DNA from: Candidatus Latescibacterota bacterium | Lineage (GTDB): Bacteria > Latescibacterota > UBA2968 > GCA-2709665 | Direction of reading: 5' to 3' | Assembly (NCBI GenBank): GCA_965219455.1 | Contig: OZ244744.1 | Span: forward strand, 5,664,001-5,728,000 | DNA: 64,000 bases | Part shown: piece by piece, positions 9,297-19,845 of the stretch | Layout of the letters: each line of letters begins with the position of its first letter | Numbering within the stretch: position 1 is the stretch's first letter | Position numbers and translations under genes: made by a program | The notes under the pieces: generated by a model | What the model was told of the DNA's origin: nothing | Databases searched by the model: none | The model's input: only the letters and a program-made list of their open reading frames with translations

Positions 9297-11120
9297 GATT
9301 TACACGACATCCCGGCTGTGTTACGCGCCATCCGTGCGAGCCTTGACCTCACACAGAAACAACTCGCGGAACGTCTCGGCGTCACCTTTGCTACCGTAAA
9401 CCGCTGGGAAGGCGGTGCGACTAGACCGCAAAAGGCGGCGCGGGAGGCAATCGCCGCTTTGGCTGCCGATGCGGGAATCGACGCGACTGCTGCCGGAGAA
9501 TCTGCCGACGCGGCGGCACGCGTAACCAGGCGACGGCGCGGTAGCAAGCGCTCGACCACTCCTTCAACGAAAACCATGGAGCAGATGCTGTGGGACGCGG
9601 CGTGCTCCATCCGTGGCGAAAAGGACGCCGCCAAGTTCAAGGATTATTTGCTGCCGCTTCTGTTCCTCAAACGATTGTCCGATGTCTTCGACGACGAAAT
9701 CGAACGGCTGGCCGAGGAGTACGGAGACCGGGATGTCGCTAAAGAGATCGCCGAGAGTGATCACGGTCTGCTGCGCTTCTACCTGCCCCCGGAAGCGCGA
9801 TGGGGAGTCGTCAGTGGCCGAGAGGACTATGAGTGGTCATTGGACAATCAGGGGCGAAGCACGCGGCCCAGGGATATCGGCGAGCACTTGACAATAGCGG
9901 TGCGGGCTATCGTTCAGCAAAACCCGTCGCTCTCCAGCGTTATCGATTTTGTCGACTTCGCGTCTGAACGCAACGGTGAGCGGGACGTCAACCCGGCCAA
10001 GCTCGCCGAGGTCATCGAGACCTTTTCCGATCCACGGTACCGGCTCGGACTCGCTGACGTACAACCCGACTTCCTGGGCCGCGCCTACGAGTACCTGCTA
10101 AGGAAATTTGCGGAAGGTTCCGGCCAGAGCGCGGGCGAATTTTTCACCCCCACCGAGGTTGGCCTCCTCATGGCGCACATCATGCGCCCAAGACCCGGCG
10201 AGACCTGCCATGACTACGCCTGCGGCTCGGCTGGACTGCTCGTCAAGCTCGAGCTTGTCGCGCGGGAACTCGACCCCATCAGCCGCGTGCCGCTTATGCT
10301 CTGCGGCCAGGAATTGCAGGCCGAAAGCTACGCTGTTGCCCACATGAACGCGATCATCCACGACATGGAAGTCGAAATCGCCCGTGGGGACACGATGATC
10401 AACCCCAAGTTTAAAAACGCAGTTGGCCAGATCACAACCCACGACGTCGTAATAGCGAATCCAATGTGGAATCAACCGTTCAGCCCCGATATATTCGCCA
10501 ACGACCCGTTCGACCGCTTCCGCACCCGAGGCGGCATCACCACCGGGAAGGGCGACTGGGCCTGGCTCCAACACACCCTCGCCTGCCTAAACGAACGCGG
10601 ACGTGCAGCAGTGGTGCTCGACACCGGAGCGGTGACGCGCGGCTCCGGCGCCAGGCACGCGGACAGGGAGCGCAACATCCGCAAGTGGTTCGTTGACCAC
10701 GACCTGATCGACGGCGTCATTCTCCTGCCGGACAATCTCTTTTACAACACCAGCGCCGCCGGCATCATCGTCGTATTGTCAAAACGTAAGCCCGCCTCGC
10801 GAAAAGATAAGATCGTCCTCCTTAACGCCAGCCGGCGCATGGCCAAGGGACGGCCAAAGAACTACATTCCAGAGGAGGACATCCGCCCACTCGCGGCGGC
10901 TTTCATCAAGGGCGAGCCGGAAGAAGGAGAGGTCGCCGTCATCACGCGCGAGCAAGCGGAGGAGGCCGACTACAACCTCAGTCCCAGTCGGTGGGTGGGG
11001 CAAGCTCACACTGAGGAGCAGCGCCCGATAACGGAGATCATTGCCGAGATGCGGCGTCTCGACGAAGAAGCCCATGAAATTGATACGCGCCTTGCGAAAA
11101 TGCTCGCACGACTGCAATAG
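9276..11120 (+). CDS. hsdM: Type I RM methyltransferase subunit with N-terminal XRE HTH
   Basis: [26 protein letters not shown]; [42 protein letters not shown]. Confidence 0.95.
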   Translation: MEISNITDLHDIPAVLRAIRASLDLTQKQLAERLGVTFATVNRWEGGATRPQKAAREAIAALAADAGIDATAAGESADAAARVTRRRRGSKRSTTPSTKTMEQMLWDAACSIRGEKDAAKFKDYLLPLLFLKRLSDVFDDEIERLAEEYGDRDVAKEIAESDHGLLRFYLPPEARWGVVSGREDYEWSLDNQGRSTRPRDIGEHLTIAVRAIVQQNPSLSSVIDFVDFASERNGERDVNPAKLAEVIETFSDPRYRLGLADVQPDFLGRAYEYLLRKFAEGSGQSAGEFFTPTEVGLLMAHIMRPRPGETCHDYACGSAGLLVKLELVARELDPISRVPLMLCGQELQAESYAVAHMNAIIHDMEVEIARGDTMINPKFKNAVGQITTHDVVIANPMWNQPFSPDIFANDPFDRFRTRGGITTGKGDWAWLQHTLACLNERGRAAVVLDTGAVTRGSGARHADRERNIRKWFVDHDLIDGVILLPDNLFYNTSAAGIIVVLSKRKPASRKDKIVLLNASRRMAKGRPKNYIPEEDIRPLAAAFIKGEPEEGEVAVITREQAEEADYNLSPSRWVGQAHTEEQRPITEIIAEMRRLDEEAHEIDTRLAKMLARLQ

Positions 11121-11131
11121 GCGTGGATACC

Positions 11132-11396
11132 TGGTGTGTTGTCCCAGAAATCTATTGTCGAAATTCGGCCGTCCAGTCGCCCGGCTGGAAAGGCGCCAGC
11201 GACCTGAGCCGCTCCCTGAGCTTGTCGAAGGGTCGGCGAAGGGCGTTGAAGAACGCTAAACAGGTTAGGAAACGCGGGCATTTCGACAAGCTTAATGATC
11301 ACGTTTCGACACACTAAGCACGGGCAGCGCATGCAACGCAGCGAGACGGGATGAACTCCCCGAAGAATTGTGACATATTTCTGGGACGGGACATTG
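11132..11396. mobile_element. MITE-like element, copy 2 (inverted, 265 bp) carrying a nested CCCTGAGCTTGTCGAAGGG/TTCGACAAGC repeat pair
   Basis: Ends TGGTGTGTTGTCCCAGAAATC / TATTTCTGGGACGGGACATTG; shares subterminal GAAATTCGGCCGTC with copy 1. Confidence 0.65.
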
Positions 11397-11417
11397 GGAC
11401 TAAAGGAGGTAGGAAAA

Positions 11418-11789
11418 ATGGGAGCGACGCACGTAACGGTCAGGATTACGAACCCCGCCGACCCGGACAGGTTTTGGGAGGGTCTTTTTCTGGTTGACAC
11501 CGGCGCCACGGATTCCCTGGCGCCCAGGCCTCACCTGGAAGCCATCGGCCTCAGGCCCGAGGGGAAACGCGTGTATGAACTGGCCGATGGCAGCGAGATC
11601 GCAGTGGACGTCGCCGTTGCCAAGATCGAATTCATGGGCGAGTTCGTCGGTGGGACTATCATCTTCGGCGAAGCCGACACGGAACCGCTGCTTGGCGTCA
11701 CAGCGCTGGAATCCGTGGGTATTGAAGTGGACCCGCTGAATCAGCAGTTGAAGAGACTGCCGGCCGTGCGGCTCAAGGGTCTGGCGTGA
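11418..11789 (+). CDS. Clan AA aspartic protease (AF_0612-like)
   Basis: FLVDTGAT catalytic motif, YELADG, EPLLGVTALES; AAGGAGG RBS. Confidence 0.9.
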   Translation: MGATHVTVRITNPADPDRFWEGLFLVDTGATDSLAPRPHLEAIGLRPEGKRVYELADGSEIAVDVAVAKIEFMGEFVGGTIIFGEADTEPLLGVTALESVGIEVDPLNQQLKRLPAVRLKGLA

Positions 11790-13000
11790 TGCAGGGCGAG
11801 ACCGTCCGCCTTGGGGAACTGTGCGACCTTATTGCCGAGCCGGTCAGGCCCGGCAGGCGACAGGATGCCCTCTATCTTGGACTGGAGCATCTTGCGCCCG
11901 GACGACTTGCTCGCATCGGCGGCGGACAAGCGTCCGAGATGAGGAGCAACACATCGGCGTTCCAACCTGGCGACGTAATGTACGGAAAATTGCGGCCGTA
12001 CCTTGACAAAGCGGTGCTCGCAGACGAGGCGGGCGTCTGTACTACAGAGCTGCTCGTACTTCGTGCGAAAGCGAAGGTGGACCCGAGGTTCCTGGCCGCT
12101 GTTATGCACTCTCCAAGCTTTGTTGAGTATGCCGTCTCAGGGACTACGGGCGTCCAGCATCCGAGAACGTCATGGGCGCACGTACGCGACTTTGAAGTGC
12201 CTGCCTTCACGTTCGATGAACAACGACGGACTGCCGACCTACTTTGGCTGGTGCATGAGGCAAACGGCCGGTCCGAGAAGCTAGTTGAGGAAGGTCAAGC
12301 CCTCAAGCACGCCGCGATGCAGACGCTTTTCACGCGCGGTCTGCGGGGCGAGGCGCAGAAGGAGACGGAGATAGGACTGGTGCCGGAGAACTGGGACGTG
12401 GTTCAACTCGGTACACTAGGCAGAATTGGAAATGGTTCGACGCCAAGAAAGGCTACATCGGAGTATTGGACGGGCGGAACCTATCCTTGGCTGACCAGTG
12501 CCAAAGTGTACGACCGAAATATCGTAGGGGCTGATCAGTTCGTGACAGAGTTTGCTCTCTCGGAATGCCACCTCCCGCGCATAAAACCAGGAGCTGTACT
12601 GATTGCTATTACCGGTCAGGGAAAAACGCTTGGACACTGCGCCGTGCTATGTGTCGAAGCAACAATCAATCAGCACCTTGCCTACATTGAGGTCGAAACT
12701 GCCGCGGTCCACCCCTCATTTGTACGCGGGTATCTCGAAACGCAATACGACCTCTTTCGACGGGTTGGTTCGGGAGGTGGCAGCACTAAGGGAGCACTTA
12801 CATGCGGCTTCCTGAGAGGCTTTCCAATCCCCTTGCCATCAGTGCTAGACGAGCAACGCGAAATCGTCGCCACTCTCGACGCTATCGACCGCAAGATCGA
12901 CCTGCATCGCCGAAAATGCGGCCTGCTAGACGACTTATTCAAAGCGCTGCTGCACAAGTTGATGACGGGTGAAATCCAAATCATTAATCTGAAACAGTGA
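11786..13000 (+). CDS. hsdS: Type I RM specificity subunit
   Basis: Two TRDs (YGKLRPYLDK; GSTP..YW..GTYPW), conserved KETEIGLVPENW and EQREIVATL..LLHKLMTGEI. Confidence 0.93.
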   Translation: MMQGETVRLGELCDLIAEPVRPGRRQDALYLGLEHLAPGRLARIGGGQASEMRSNTSAFQPGDVMYGKLRPYLDKAVLADEAGVCTTELLVLRAKAKVDPRFLAAVMHSPSFVEYAVSGTTGVQHPRTSWAHVRDFEVPAFTFDEQRRTADLLWLVHEANGRSEKLVEEGQALKHAAMQTLFTRGLRGEAQKETEIGLVPENWDVVQLGTLGRIGNGSTPRKATSEYWTGGTYPWLTSAKVYDRNIVGADQFVTEFALSECHLPRIKPGAVLIAITGQGKTLGHCAVLCVEATINQHLAYIEVETAAVHPSFVRGYLETQYDLFRRVGSGGGSTKGALTCGFLRGFPIPLPSVLDEQREIVATLDAIDRKIDLHRRKCGLLDDLFKALLHKLMTGEIQIINLKQ

Positions 13001-13018
13001 TAGAAGGTTGATCCTTAA

Positions 13019-16000
13019 ATGACTGAGGTAGGCAAAAGAGGCAGTTCCCGAAGAAAGGGCGATGAATATCAGGACCTCACGGCCCTACGGATTGGACTGG
13101 AGAACTATATAGCTCGTACGCCATTTAAGATGTTCTTAGAGTATGAAGAATCGGGAAATCTTGATGACATTGTTCTATTACAAGAAACTAGAATCGAAGC
13201 TTATCAGGTTAAATATGCCGTGAATCCACTTGATCTCTATAAGGCAAGCGATCTCATTGATCCCAATAGCCCGGTAAATCTGAGGAAATTTGCGGATAGC
13301 TGGAACACCCTGCGCGGCAGATTTCCTGGCTATAGCCTTACCGCGTACCTCTGTTCAAACCGTGCTCTTGATGCTCCTCTCGTTGACCTTGTGACGCACT
13401 ACGGGGCGTTTACACCAGAAGTTATCAAAGATAGAAGACGGGGAAATGCGAAGCAATTGCGTGCAAGCCTCATGTCCGCCTCTGGACTTGATGCTGACGC
13501 TTTCTGTGAATTCTTGATGGACTTTCAATTCCGTGTACGGCAGCCGACGTTGACGGAGTTGGAGCAATATATCCGAACGGTTCTTCTTGACAAAAAGTTG
13601 GGCCTCTCCGATTCCGCGATTTTTCTCGATCTCAAGGAAAACATTAAACAGAACGCAATCTCATCCAGGGATCCAATTACTGCTGCATCAATTGACGGAC
13701 TTTTGGAACGACTTCAGAGCAAGTTGCTTATTCCACAAGTATTCCCGGTCAACCAAGGTCATTTCGTAGAGCGTAAGGCTCTGTTGGAGCAACTGGACAA
13801 AGTGTTGCCACATGTTGACGGAGGATACCTCACTGTCACAGGCTTGCCTGGTAGCGGCAAGTCAACCTCACTTACCACATACTTCGATGCGATAGATCGA
13901 GCAAAGTATGAGGTTTTCCATTACTATTGCTTCGTTGATGTGAACGACAATGCTCAAAAGATGCGAGTCCAGGCAGAAAGCCTCCGCGCGAATTTGTTAA
14001 GTGAGTTCCATAGGAGATTTCCGAATGTTCTCGAACGGCGTTTTGACCATAGCGAGCGGAATTTTTATGTGTGCTTGAAGACACTGGCCGACTATTTCGT
14101 TGAACGAGGTCGAAAACTCTTGATTTTTCTAGACGGACTAGACCACGCTGAACGACTTGAGCAGGAAGTAAGACATACTGTGATCTCGGCCTTGCCGTCA
14201 GATGTGCCTAGGGGCGTTGCCATAGTTGTGGGCACCCAAGAGTTGCATAAATGGCCTCACTTTCTCAAGCGTACGAGAGAGTGTCCAAGAACCCATATTC
14301 AGATGCCGTTGTTTTCAGTATCTGAGACACGAGACTACTTGGAGAACAAGCGAGGAATATCGGGCCTATCACACGCGGACATCGTCGATATCCACGAAAA
14401 ATGTGAAGGGCTTCCCTTGTATCTACAGTATGCCGCGGAGGTCATCTCATCGAGTGACACGATATCAGATGCTGTAGCCTCCCTTGCCCCGGCAACGGGC
14501 GGAGATATCCGTGACTACTATGGGCTCCTTTGGGAAGAGTTCGACAAATTGGGTATGGCTGACGCAAGGCACCTGTGCGCGGTCATGTCCTGTTTGCGAT
14601 TTTCCGTACACAGAGATGAACTCCGCCGCATTCAACAGTCTCTCAGCCGTCCCCAGTTCGAAGATGCGTATAAGTGCATGAGTCACCTTTTACGAAACTC
14701 TGGTGACAGACTGTCGGTATTCCATAACAGCTTCCGTGAGTTTGTGGCCGGCCAACTTCATGCGGACTGGATACAGGAAATAAGTGCAAACATTGCAATG
14801 TTTCTAAAGGCCGATAAGGATTCTCCTAAGTGGTTTGGATATGCCTTTGAATACTGCTATGACGCTGGCGACTACACATATGTCTTGGAGGAAGTGAATG
14901 CTGATTTTGTTGAACGCGCCCTTCTGAACTATCGGCCATCCAAAGATATCTTGAACGCGATACATTGGGCGGTCGAATCGGCATATAAACGGCGGGACAT
15001 CGTTCAACTTAGTCGGCTTGGCGCATTGAAATTTAGAACAAGGGAACGTCTGGAATACAATCTTGATCGAGCTCTTCTTGGAGATGCTGTCCTAGCTTTG
15101 GGTCGTGAACAAGACGTGATCTCCTTCGCTTATTCGCCAGAGGCAAACCGCTGGATAGTCGATAAAGACGTTTCACTTACCATTATGTCGGCACTTGCGG
15201 ACGAAGGTAAACTGGAGCTAGGGCGAAAGCTTTTCGATATATTCACGGACGAGTTTCGAGGAGTTCATTCTGACAAGAAAGATGAGATTCGCTCGCAGGT
15301 TGTTGGCATTGCCCGGTGTTTGGGTATCTATTCGGGGCAGCAAGCACATCCACTGCGATGGCTCTCTCGGTTTGAACTAACTCCCGATATTCTTGAGAGA
15401 CTTGATGTCTATGCCCCAAGTTTTGCACCACATTTATCAGCATATATCGATGCATTAGTCCAGTTCGGACATACCGAAAGATGGAATCGGCTTAAACGCG
15501 TGAGGAGGATTTTCCCAAATCGTTTGGTACGTTATCTGTTGATCCGCGCACTCGCAGACCATGATCTTCGTGATGATCTGCGGATTGCTATAAATGAGTA
15601 TGTAGAAGTAGAACAACCCCGCGGTAATCTAGAGCTGGCTTTCTATGCGGCCAAAGCAGGCCTGCCGGTTTCTGAAGTGTCCGGTATTGCTGGCCTAATC
15701 GAATCCCCAAAGGTGGATTGCCCGGACTTCTTGTCAAGAAACAATCCGATACTCTGGAAATATGCGTACTCGTTTGTCATACTAGGATACGAGGATAACG
15801 AGTCTTCCTACGAGAATCTCAGGATGGCCATTGGTACTTCCCAGACCCTATGGACGTTTGCGCTCCGACATCTCTTCGAGGCGTGTCATTGCATTGGTCA
15901 ATCGTTTAGAACTGATGTTTCTGGCTGGTACGAACGAGCCTGTAACAGCATTGACATGCTTTTGATGGCAAAGCAGGGACATGGAGAAAGAATCGTAGAA

Positions 16001-19000
16001 TCCATCGACCTAATACGTGACGTATTGCCATTTACTATAGGTACATTGACCGATGAGGTACAGAAATGCTTTCCCAATCAACTTGATGATTGGATCGAAC
16101 GGCTGGCGTCACTGCGCGATTCCTTCCTATGGAATACTCACTATGGAATCGGCGAGTCCCGCCAAGACTACGGCTTCGAGTTACACTTGTGGGAGGTCCT
16201 CGCGAAGAATCCAGTCGTAGGCTTTAAGCTCTCTTCTATCCTGACATGTTGCGCGTTCACCTACGAGAGATCGACCAAGCTAAAGGGGAACTCCAGGTCT
16301 AATCACTTCCTATGGCTTGCAGCAATCATGGCTAAATGCGGTATGCGTGAAAGTGCGGAGAAGTGGCTTCGCTATGGAATCCGCTCCTCGCTCATATATG
16401 GTTACCGCAAGGATATTACCCTGCTATATCTAATGGATGTTCTCAAATTAGTGAACCAGCATCAGCCTGAAATGGCGCTCGAGAGATGCGCTCGTATCCT
16501 GTGTATGGTGAAGTGGATGCCCCATCTCACTGATGGTCGAGAAACAAAATGGTTTACAGAAAATGCCTTCTCTACCGTTCTTTCTGTCAATCGTCAAGCT
16601 TCATTCGACTTGCTCAAGCATTTTTCCCGATCAACCGCAAGATGGAAGATGCAAGATTGCTTGGAGGAATACCTTCTAAGTGCGGTGAATGGAGACCCTG
16701 AGTACTTATGGTGCTTTTGCGAGTCGTTCGTCAATCATTACAGTGATGATGGTCGACATTGTAAGCAAATCGTCGGAACCCGGCAGCACATCGTTGACCT
16801 CGTTAGAAAATCCTGCTCAGAGGATGTTCAATGGACCTTTCAAGATCGCTTCAGGCACTGCGTCTTGACGGAGATCTCTCCTAGGCATTGGCCTGACGAC
16901 CTCAAGGACGAGTTCTCCGTCCCTTTCGATCCAGACAGCAACAACGGAAGTCGTGCTGAGTCAAGTACCCACTCGACGTCAGATTTCATGCTAGATGGAA
17001 AATCCATGACCAAGGAAGGTATAGCCGAGAAATGCAGGGAATCCTTTTCTAAGTTCCTTGTAATACTTGAGAAATTGAAAGCGCAGAATGGGCATTTCTA
17101 CGCGCCAGCAGACTTGCTCGATGGAACTTTACGTCATCACATAACTCAGGCACTTTCCCGTGAAAGTCTAATTCCAATCAAGGAATACTTAAAATCACAA
17201 GGGCGCTTGCAAAACTTGAACCCAATCGAGTGCTTGGCAGAGCGTTTTCTGGAATTTGGTGATCAGGACAACGCCATAGCCTGCTTCGACTTAGCTTACT
17301 CATGCTATAATAGCAAAAAAGCGTTGGGATACGTCTGGGAAAGCAATCCTAATTACCTAGCCACTATAGCAAGAGTGAATAAAACAACTGCAAAGATGAG
17401 TTTATTAAAGAAGTGCTACGACTCTGTGAACAGGTCCGACGGAGGGTATGATACGACACCCATTGCGGCTACGGGCTTGGATATTCTCAATGAACCATGC
17501 CTACTTGAGGCAGTGTTTGATGATTTCCTGACATATTGCGAAAGCATGTTTGCACAGCTACCTCAAGACAATGACTATGCCTGGTTGAAGGAGTATGCGG
17601 GGCCGACTTTCGATGAGAACCGACTCATTCTCCAGTTTTGTATAGAAGATTTGGATACGTCAGAGATTAATCACGGCGAAAGACTGATCCGGGCACTCAC
17701 GAGATTGGCGATTGCCCGACCTCAGAGTACAATTCCTTTACTCGTTAGCGAAACACTGTCGGCCTCCGGAAGGCGTCTTCGACGCTTGCTAATGATTCTT
17801 CATACACTTGCGAATCAGAAGCCCGATCTGTTGGCTTCTAATCAGCAAACGCTAGCCAAACTCCTTGAGCGAGTGGACTTTTTTTGTCGTCAATCGGTGA
17901 TGTGCATTCTTCAGTGTGTGAGCAAAGTTTCGCCATTGGAGCTTTCAGTTAGCACCGCATTCGAGCGTATCGACAGGAAGTATTCAGCCGCCATATCGCA
18001 TTCCACCTATAGGATGCCATCGAGTCCAAGTTCCACGTTCTCGGACTTTCTCAAGAAAAATACGCTGTTTCACTTCTCTGACCAGTTGAAATTGATGGAG
18101 AAAATCCTTAGAGTGCCGCAGGGAAGTCTTGTGGCAGCCATTGAAGAGTGCCTTAATGCTCAGAACTGGTCGATGGATGAGGAGCGTTCACGTATCAAGG
18201 ACGACTGGGATGGACATGTACATCCCCAAGGTTGGCCCGTAGTTTGGATCACAACCGAATTTCAGGAACTAGCCACAGAGATACTCTGGAATATCCTCAA
18301 TAAAGTAGCCGAGAAAAAGAGACTAAGCGTAGCCCAAATTCAGTGGCTCTGGCAAGCAACTCAAATGGTTGATCCAGAATATGTTGTACGAGAACCAATG
18401 ACTCGTCCTTCGGACATTAAGATACTTCGTGTAGCCGAAAAGGAAGCATGGTTCAGAGAACTCGACGAGATCGAATCGTTCCAAGTCGGGAACGCCAGCA
18501 CGGATGAACAGAGCACGGATTGGTTCACTGTATTTGAAAAGCAAATGCTGGCTCACGAGGAGAAATACAATGTACCCTACCGGCAAGAGACATCGTTGAT
18601 CTCAATGCTGATTCCCTTGCAGGTGTATGGCAAGTCGAACGAATTGGATGAACTCAATCTGACGACGGAGCGAATTGCGCATGCATCGGCAATGGCTGTC
18701 ACCTTAGAGCAAGTCCGCGATGTACTGACGAACAGGGGCAGTAATGGGTTGAATGTTAGCGAGGACTGCATCCCTCTCGTTGCCGAACATCAAAATCCAA
18801 AGACTTTTTTGGGGTATTGGAACATCTGCTCATTAGCGTCATTCATATTGGACGAATTTGATCTCTCGTTCGATGGATTCGATCTTACAAGAGATGATGA
18901 AGTTGTCGTCAAGTACGAGGCATGGCAGGAGGGATACCACGCTGAAGCATATTCTCGGGAAACACTTTCCTCTGGAGTAAGACTTCGGGTACGCCGTGAT

Positions 19001-19138
19001 CTCCTAGCTGAAATATGTCTTCGTTATCAAAGAATGTTATGTATTCGCATTGACGAAAAGCGTGAGTTCTATGAATCTATTTACTATCGAGAGCCAGATA
19101 CCAGTAAAGAATCAAAACGATACGTGATATATCATTAG
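13019..19138 (+). CDS. 2039-aa STAND NTPase with N-terminal PD-(D/E)xK (Cap4-like) nuclease and long helical C-terminus; Avs-like defence candidate
   Basis: GDEYQD..E..LDDIV..YQVKY; Walker A GLPGSGKST; Walker B LIFLDGLDH; EGLPLYL; VFHNSFREF; AT-richer than the flanks. Confidence 0.8.
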   Translation: MTEVGKRGSSRRKGDEYQDLTALRIGLENYIARTPFKMFLEYEESGNLDDIVLLQETRIEAYQVKYAVNPLDLYKASDLIDPNSPVNLRKFADSWNTLRGRFPGYSLTAYLCSNRALDAPLVDLVTHYGAFTPEVIKDRRRGNAKQLRASLMSASGLDADAFCEFLMDFQFRVRQPTLTELEQYIRTVLLDKKLGLSDSAIFLDLKENIKQNAISSRDPITAASIDGLLERLQSKLLIPQVFPVNQGHFVERKALLEQLDKVLPHVDGGYLTVTGLPGSGKSTSLTTYFDAIDRAKYEVFHYYCFVDVNDNAQKMRVQAESLRANLLSEFHRRFPNVLERRFDHSERNFYVCLKTLADYFVERGRKLLIFLDGLDHAERLEQEVRHTVISALPSDVPRGVAIVVGTQELHKWPHFLKRTRECPRTHIQMPLFSVSETRDYLENKRGISGLSHADIVDIHEKCEGLPLYLQYAAEVISSSDTISDAVASLAPATGGDIRDYYGLLWEEFDKLGMADARHLCAVMSCLRFSVHRDELRRIQQSLSRPQFEDAYKCMSHLLRNSGDRLSVFHNSFREFVAGQLHADWIQEISANIAMFLKADKDSPKWFGYAFEYCYDAGDYTYVLEEVNADFVERALLNYRPSKDILNAIHWAVESAYKRRDIVQLSRLGALKFRTRERLEYNLDRALLGDAVLALGREQDVISFAYSPEANRWIVDKDVSLTIMSALADEGKLELGRKLFDIFTDEFRGVHSDKKDEIRSQVVGIARCLGIYSGQQAHPLRWLSRFELTPDILERLDVYAPSFAPHLSAYIDALVQFGHTERWNRLKRVRRIFPNRLVRYLLIRALADHDLRDDLRIAINEYVEVEQPRGNLELAFYAAKAGLPVSEVSGIAGLIESPKVDCPDFLSRNNPILWKYAYSFVILGYEDNESSYENLRMAIGTSQTLWTFALRHLFEACHCIGQSFRTDVSGWYERACNSIDMLLMAKQGHGERIVESIDLIRDVLPFTIGTLTDEVQKCFPNQLDDWIERLASLRDSFLWNTHYGIGESRQDYGFELHLWEVLAKNPVVGFKLSSILTCCAFTYERSTKLKGNSRSNHFLWLAAIMAKCGMRESAEKWLRYGIRSSLIYGYRKDITLLYLMDVLKLVNQHQPEMALERCARILCMVKWMPHLTDGRETKWFTENAFSTVLSVNRQASFDLLKHFSRSTARWKMQDCLEEYLLSAVNGDPEYLWCFCESFVNHYSDDGRHCKQIVGTRQHIVDLVRKSCSEDVQWTFQDRFRHCVLTEISPRHWPDDLKDEFSVPFDPDSNNGSRAESSTHSTSDFMLDGKSMTKEGIAEKCRESFSKFLVILEKLKAQNGHFYAPADLLDGTLRHHITQALSRESLIPIKEYLKSQGRLQNLNPIECLAERFLEFGDQDNAIACFDLAYSCYNSKKALGYVWESNPNYLATIARVNKTTAKMSLLKKCYDSVNRSDGGYDTTPIAATGLDILNEPCLLEAVFDDFLTYCESMFAQLPQDNDYAWLKEYAGPTFDENRLILQFCIEDLDTSEINHGERLIRALTRLAIARPQSTIPLLVSETLSASGRRLRRLLMILHTLANQKPDLLASNQQTLAKLLERVDFFCRQSVMCILQCVSKVSPLELSVSTAFERIDRKYSAAISHSTYRMPSSPSSTFSDFLKKNTLFHFSDQLKLMEKILRVPQGSLVAAIEECLNAQNWSMDEERSRIKDDWDGHVHPQGWPVVWITTEFQELATEILWNILNKVAEKKRLSVAQIQWLWQATQMVDPEYVVREPMTRPSDIKILRVAEKEAWFRELDEIESFQVGNASTDEQSTDWFTVFEKQMLAHEEKYNVPYRQETSLISMLIPLQVYGKSNELDELNLTTERIAHASAMAVTLEQVRDVLTNRGSNGLNVSEDCIPLVAEHQNPKTFLGYWNICSLASFILDEFDLSFDGFDLTRDDEVVVKYEAWQEGYHAEAYSRETLSSGVRLRVRRDLLAEICLRYQRMLCIRIDEKREFYESIYYREPDTSKESKRYVIYH

Positions 19139-19326
19139 TGTAGTCGGCGGTCAGCACATCACTAACTCGACGGGCTGCCGCTCTCCCAGATTGATGATAC
19201 CGGCGTCTGCGAGACCATGCGCTTTTGACATGCCTAATTGACGTCGCCCGCAATCCAAGTATGAAAGATCGGGCGCTGGGATTGTTCACTCTCACATGAC
19301 GCTATTGGAATAAGGGAGCTGAGGCA

Positions 19327-19638
19327 ATGAACCCACAGTTATCGATATCGAAGACCGATCTTGCGATTTTCTGTCAAGACCACAGAATCAAGCGGCTCTC
19401 TGTTCTTGGCTCCGCGCTGCGAGATGACTTCGGACCGGAGAGTGACATAGACGTGCTGGTCGAGTTCGAGCCGGGGCGGACGCCGGGGTTGTTGGGCAAT
19501 ACGGGAATAGAGGCGCAGTTGTCCCCGCTGTTCGGTAGAGAAGTAGATCTGGTGACGCGCCCGGCCGTGGAGCAGAGTCGTAACTACATCCGCCGCAAAG
19601 CAATTCTTGATTCGGCTGAGGAAGTCTATGCGACGTGA
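19327..19638 (+). CDS. Minimal nucleotidyltransferase (MNT antitoxin), copy 1
   Basis: GSALRDDFGPESDIDVLVEF..GREVDLVT. Confidence 0.88.
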   Translation: MNPQLSISKTDLAIFCQDHRIKRLSVLGSALRDDFGPESDIDVLVEFEPGRTPGLLGNTGIEAQLSPLFGREVDLVTRPAVEQSRNYIRRKAILDSAEEVYAT

Positions 19639-19675
19639 CGACGCCTATCTGCTCGACATGCTGTTGTCAGAGTGA
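19628..19675 (+). pseudogene. Truncated HEPN/DUF86 stub
   Basis: [14 protein letters not shown] is identical to the start of 22017-22364, then GAG TGA. Confidence 0.8.
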
Positions 19676-19732
19676 GTGTGGATTGCGGACCGCACTACGT
19701 CGTGCAATGGATACGGATGAGGGAATTCACGC

Positions 19733-19800
19733 ATGACGCCCGAACACATAGCGGCGTCGGTCACAGCCAACGAATTCGAAGCGCTGGAATTTAAGGCAAT
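19733..19800 (+). pseudogene. AlbA_2/Schlafen N-terminal remnant
   Basis: MTPEHIAASVTANEFEALEFK parallels the remnant at 21472. Confidence 0.45.
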
Positions 19801-19845
19801 AAGGCCGACGCCCCGCAGTGAGGGAATCGAACGGGAGGTAAGCAA

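Noticed and set aside
19673-19675. TGA in the HEPN stub as a third Sec codon
   Set aside because: Homology to the intact HEPN stops before the TGA; it is a truncation
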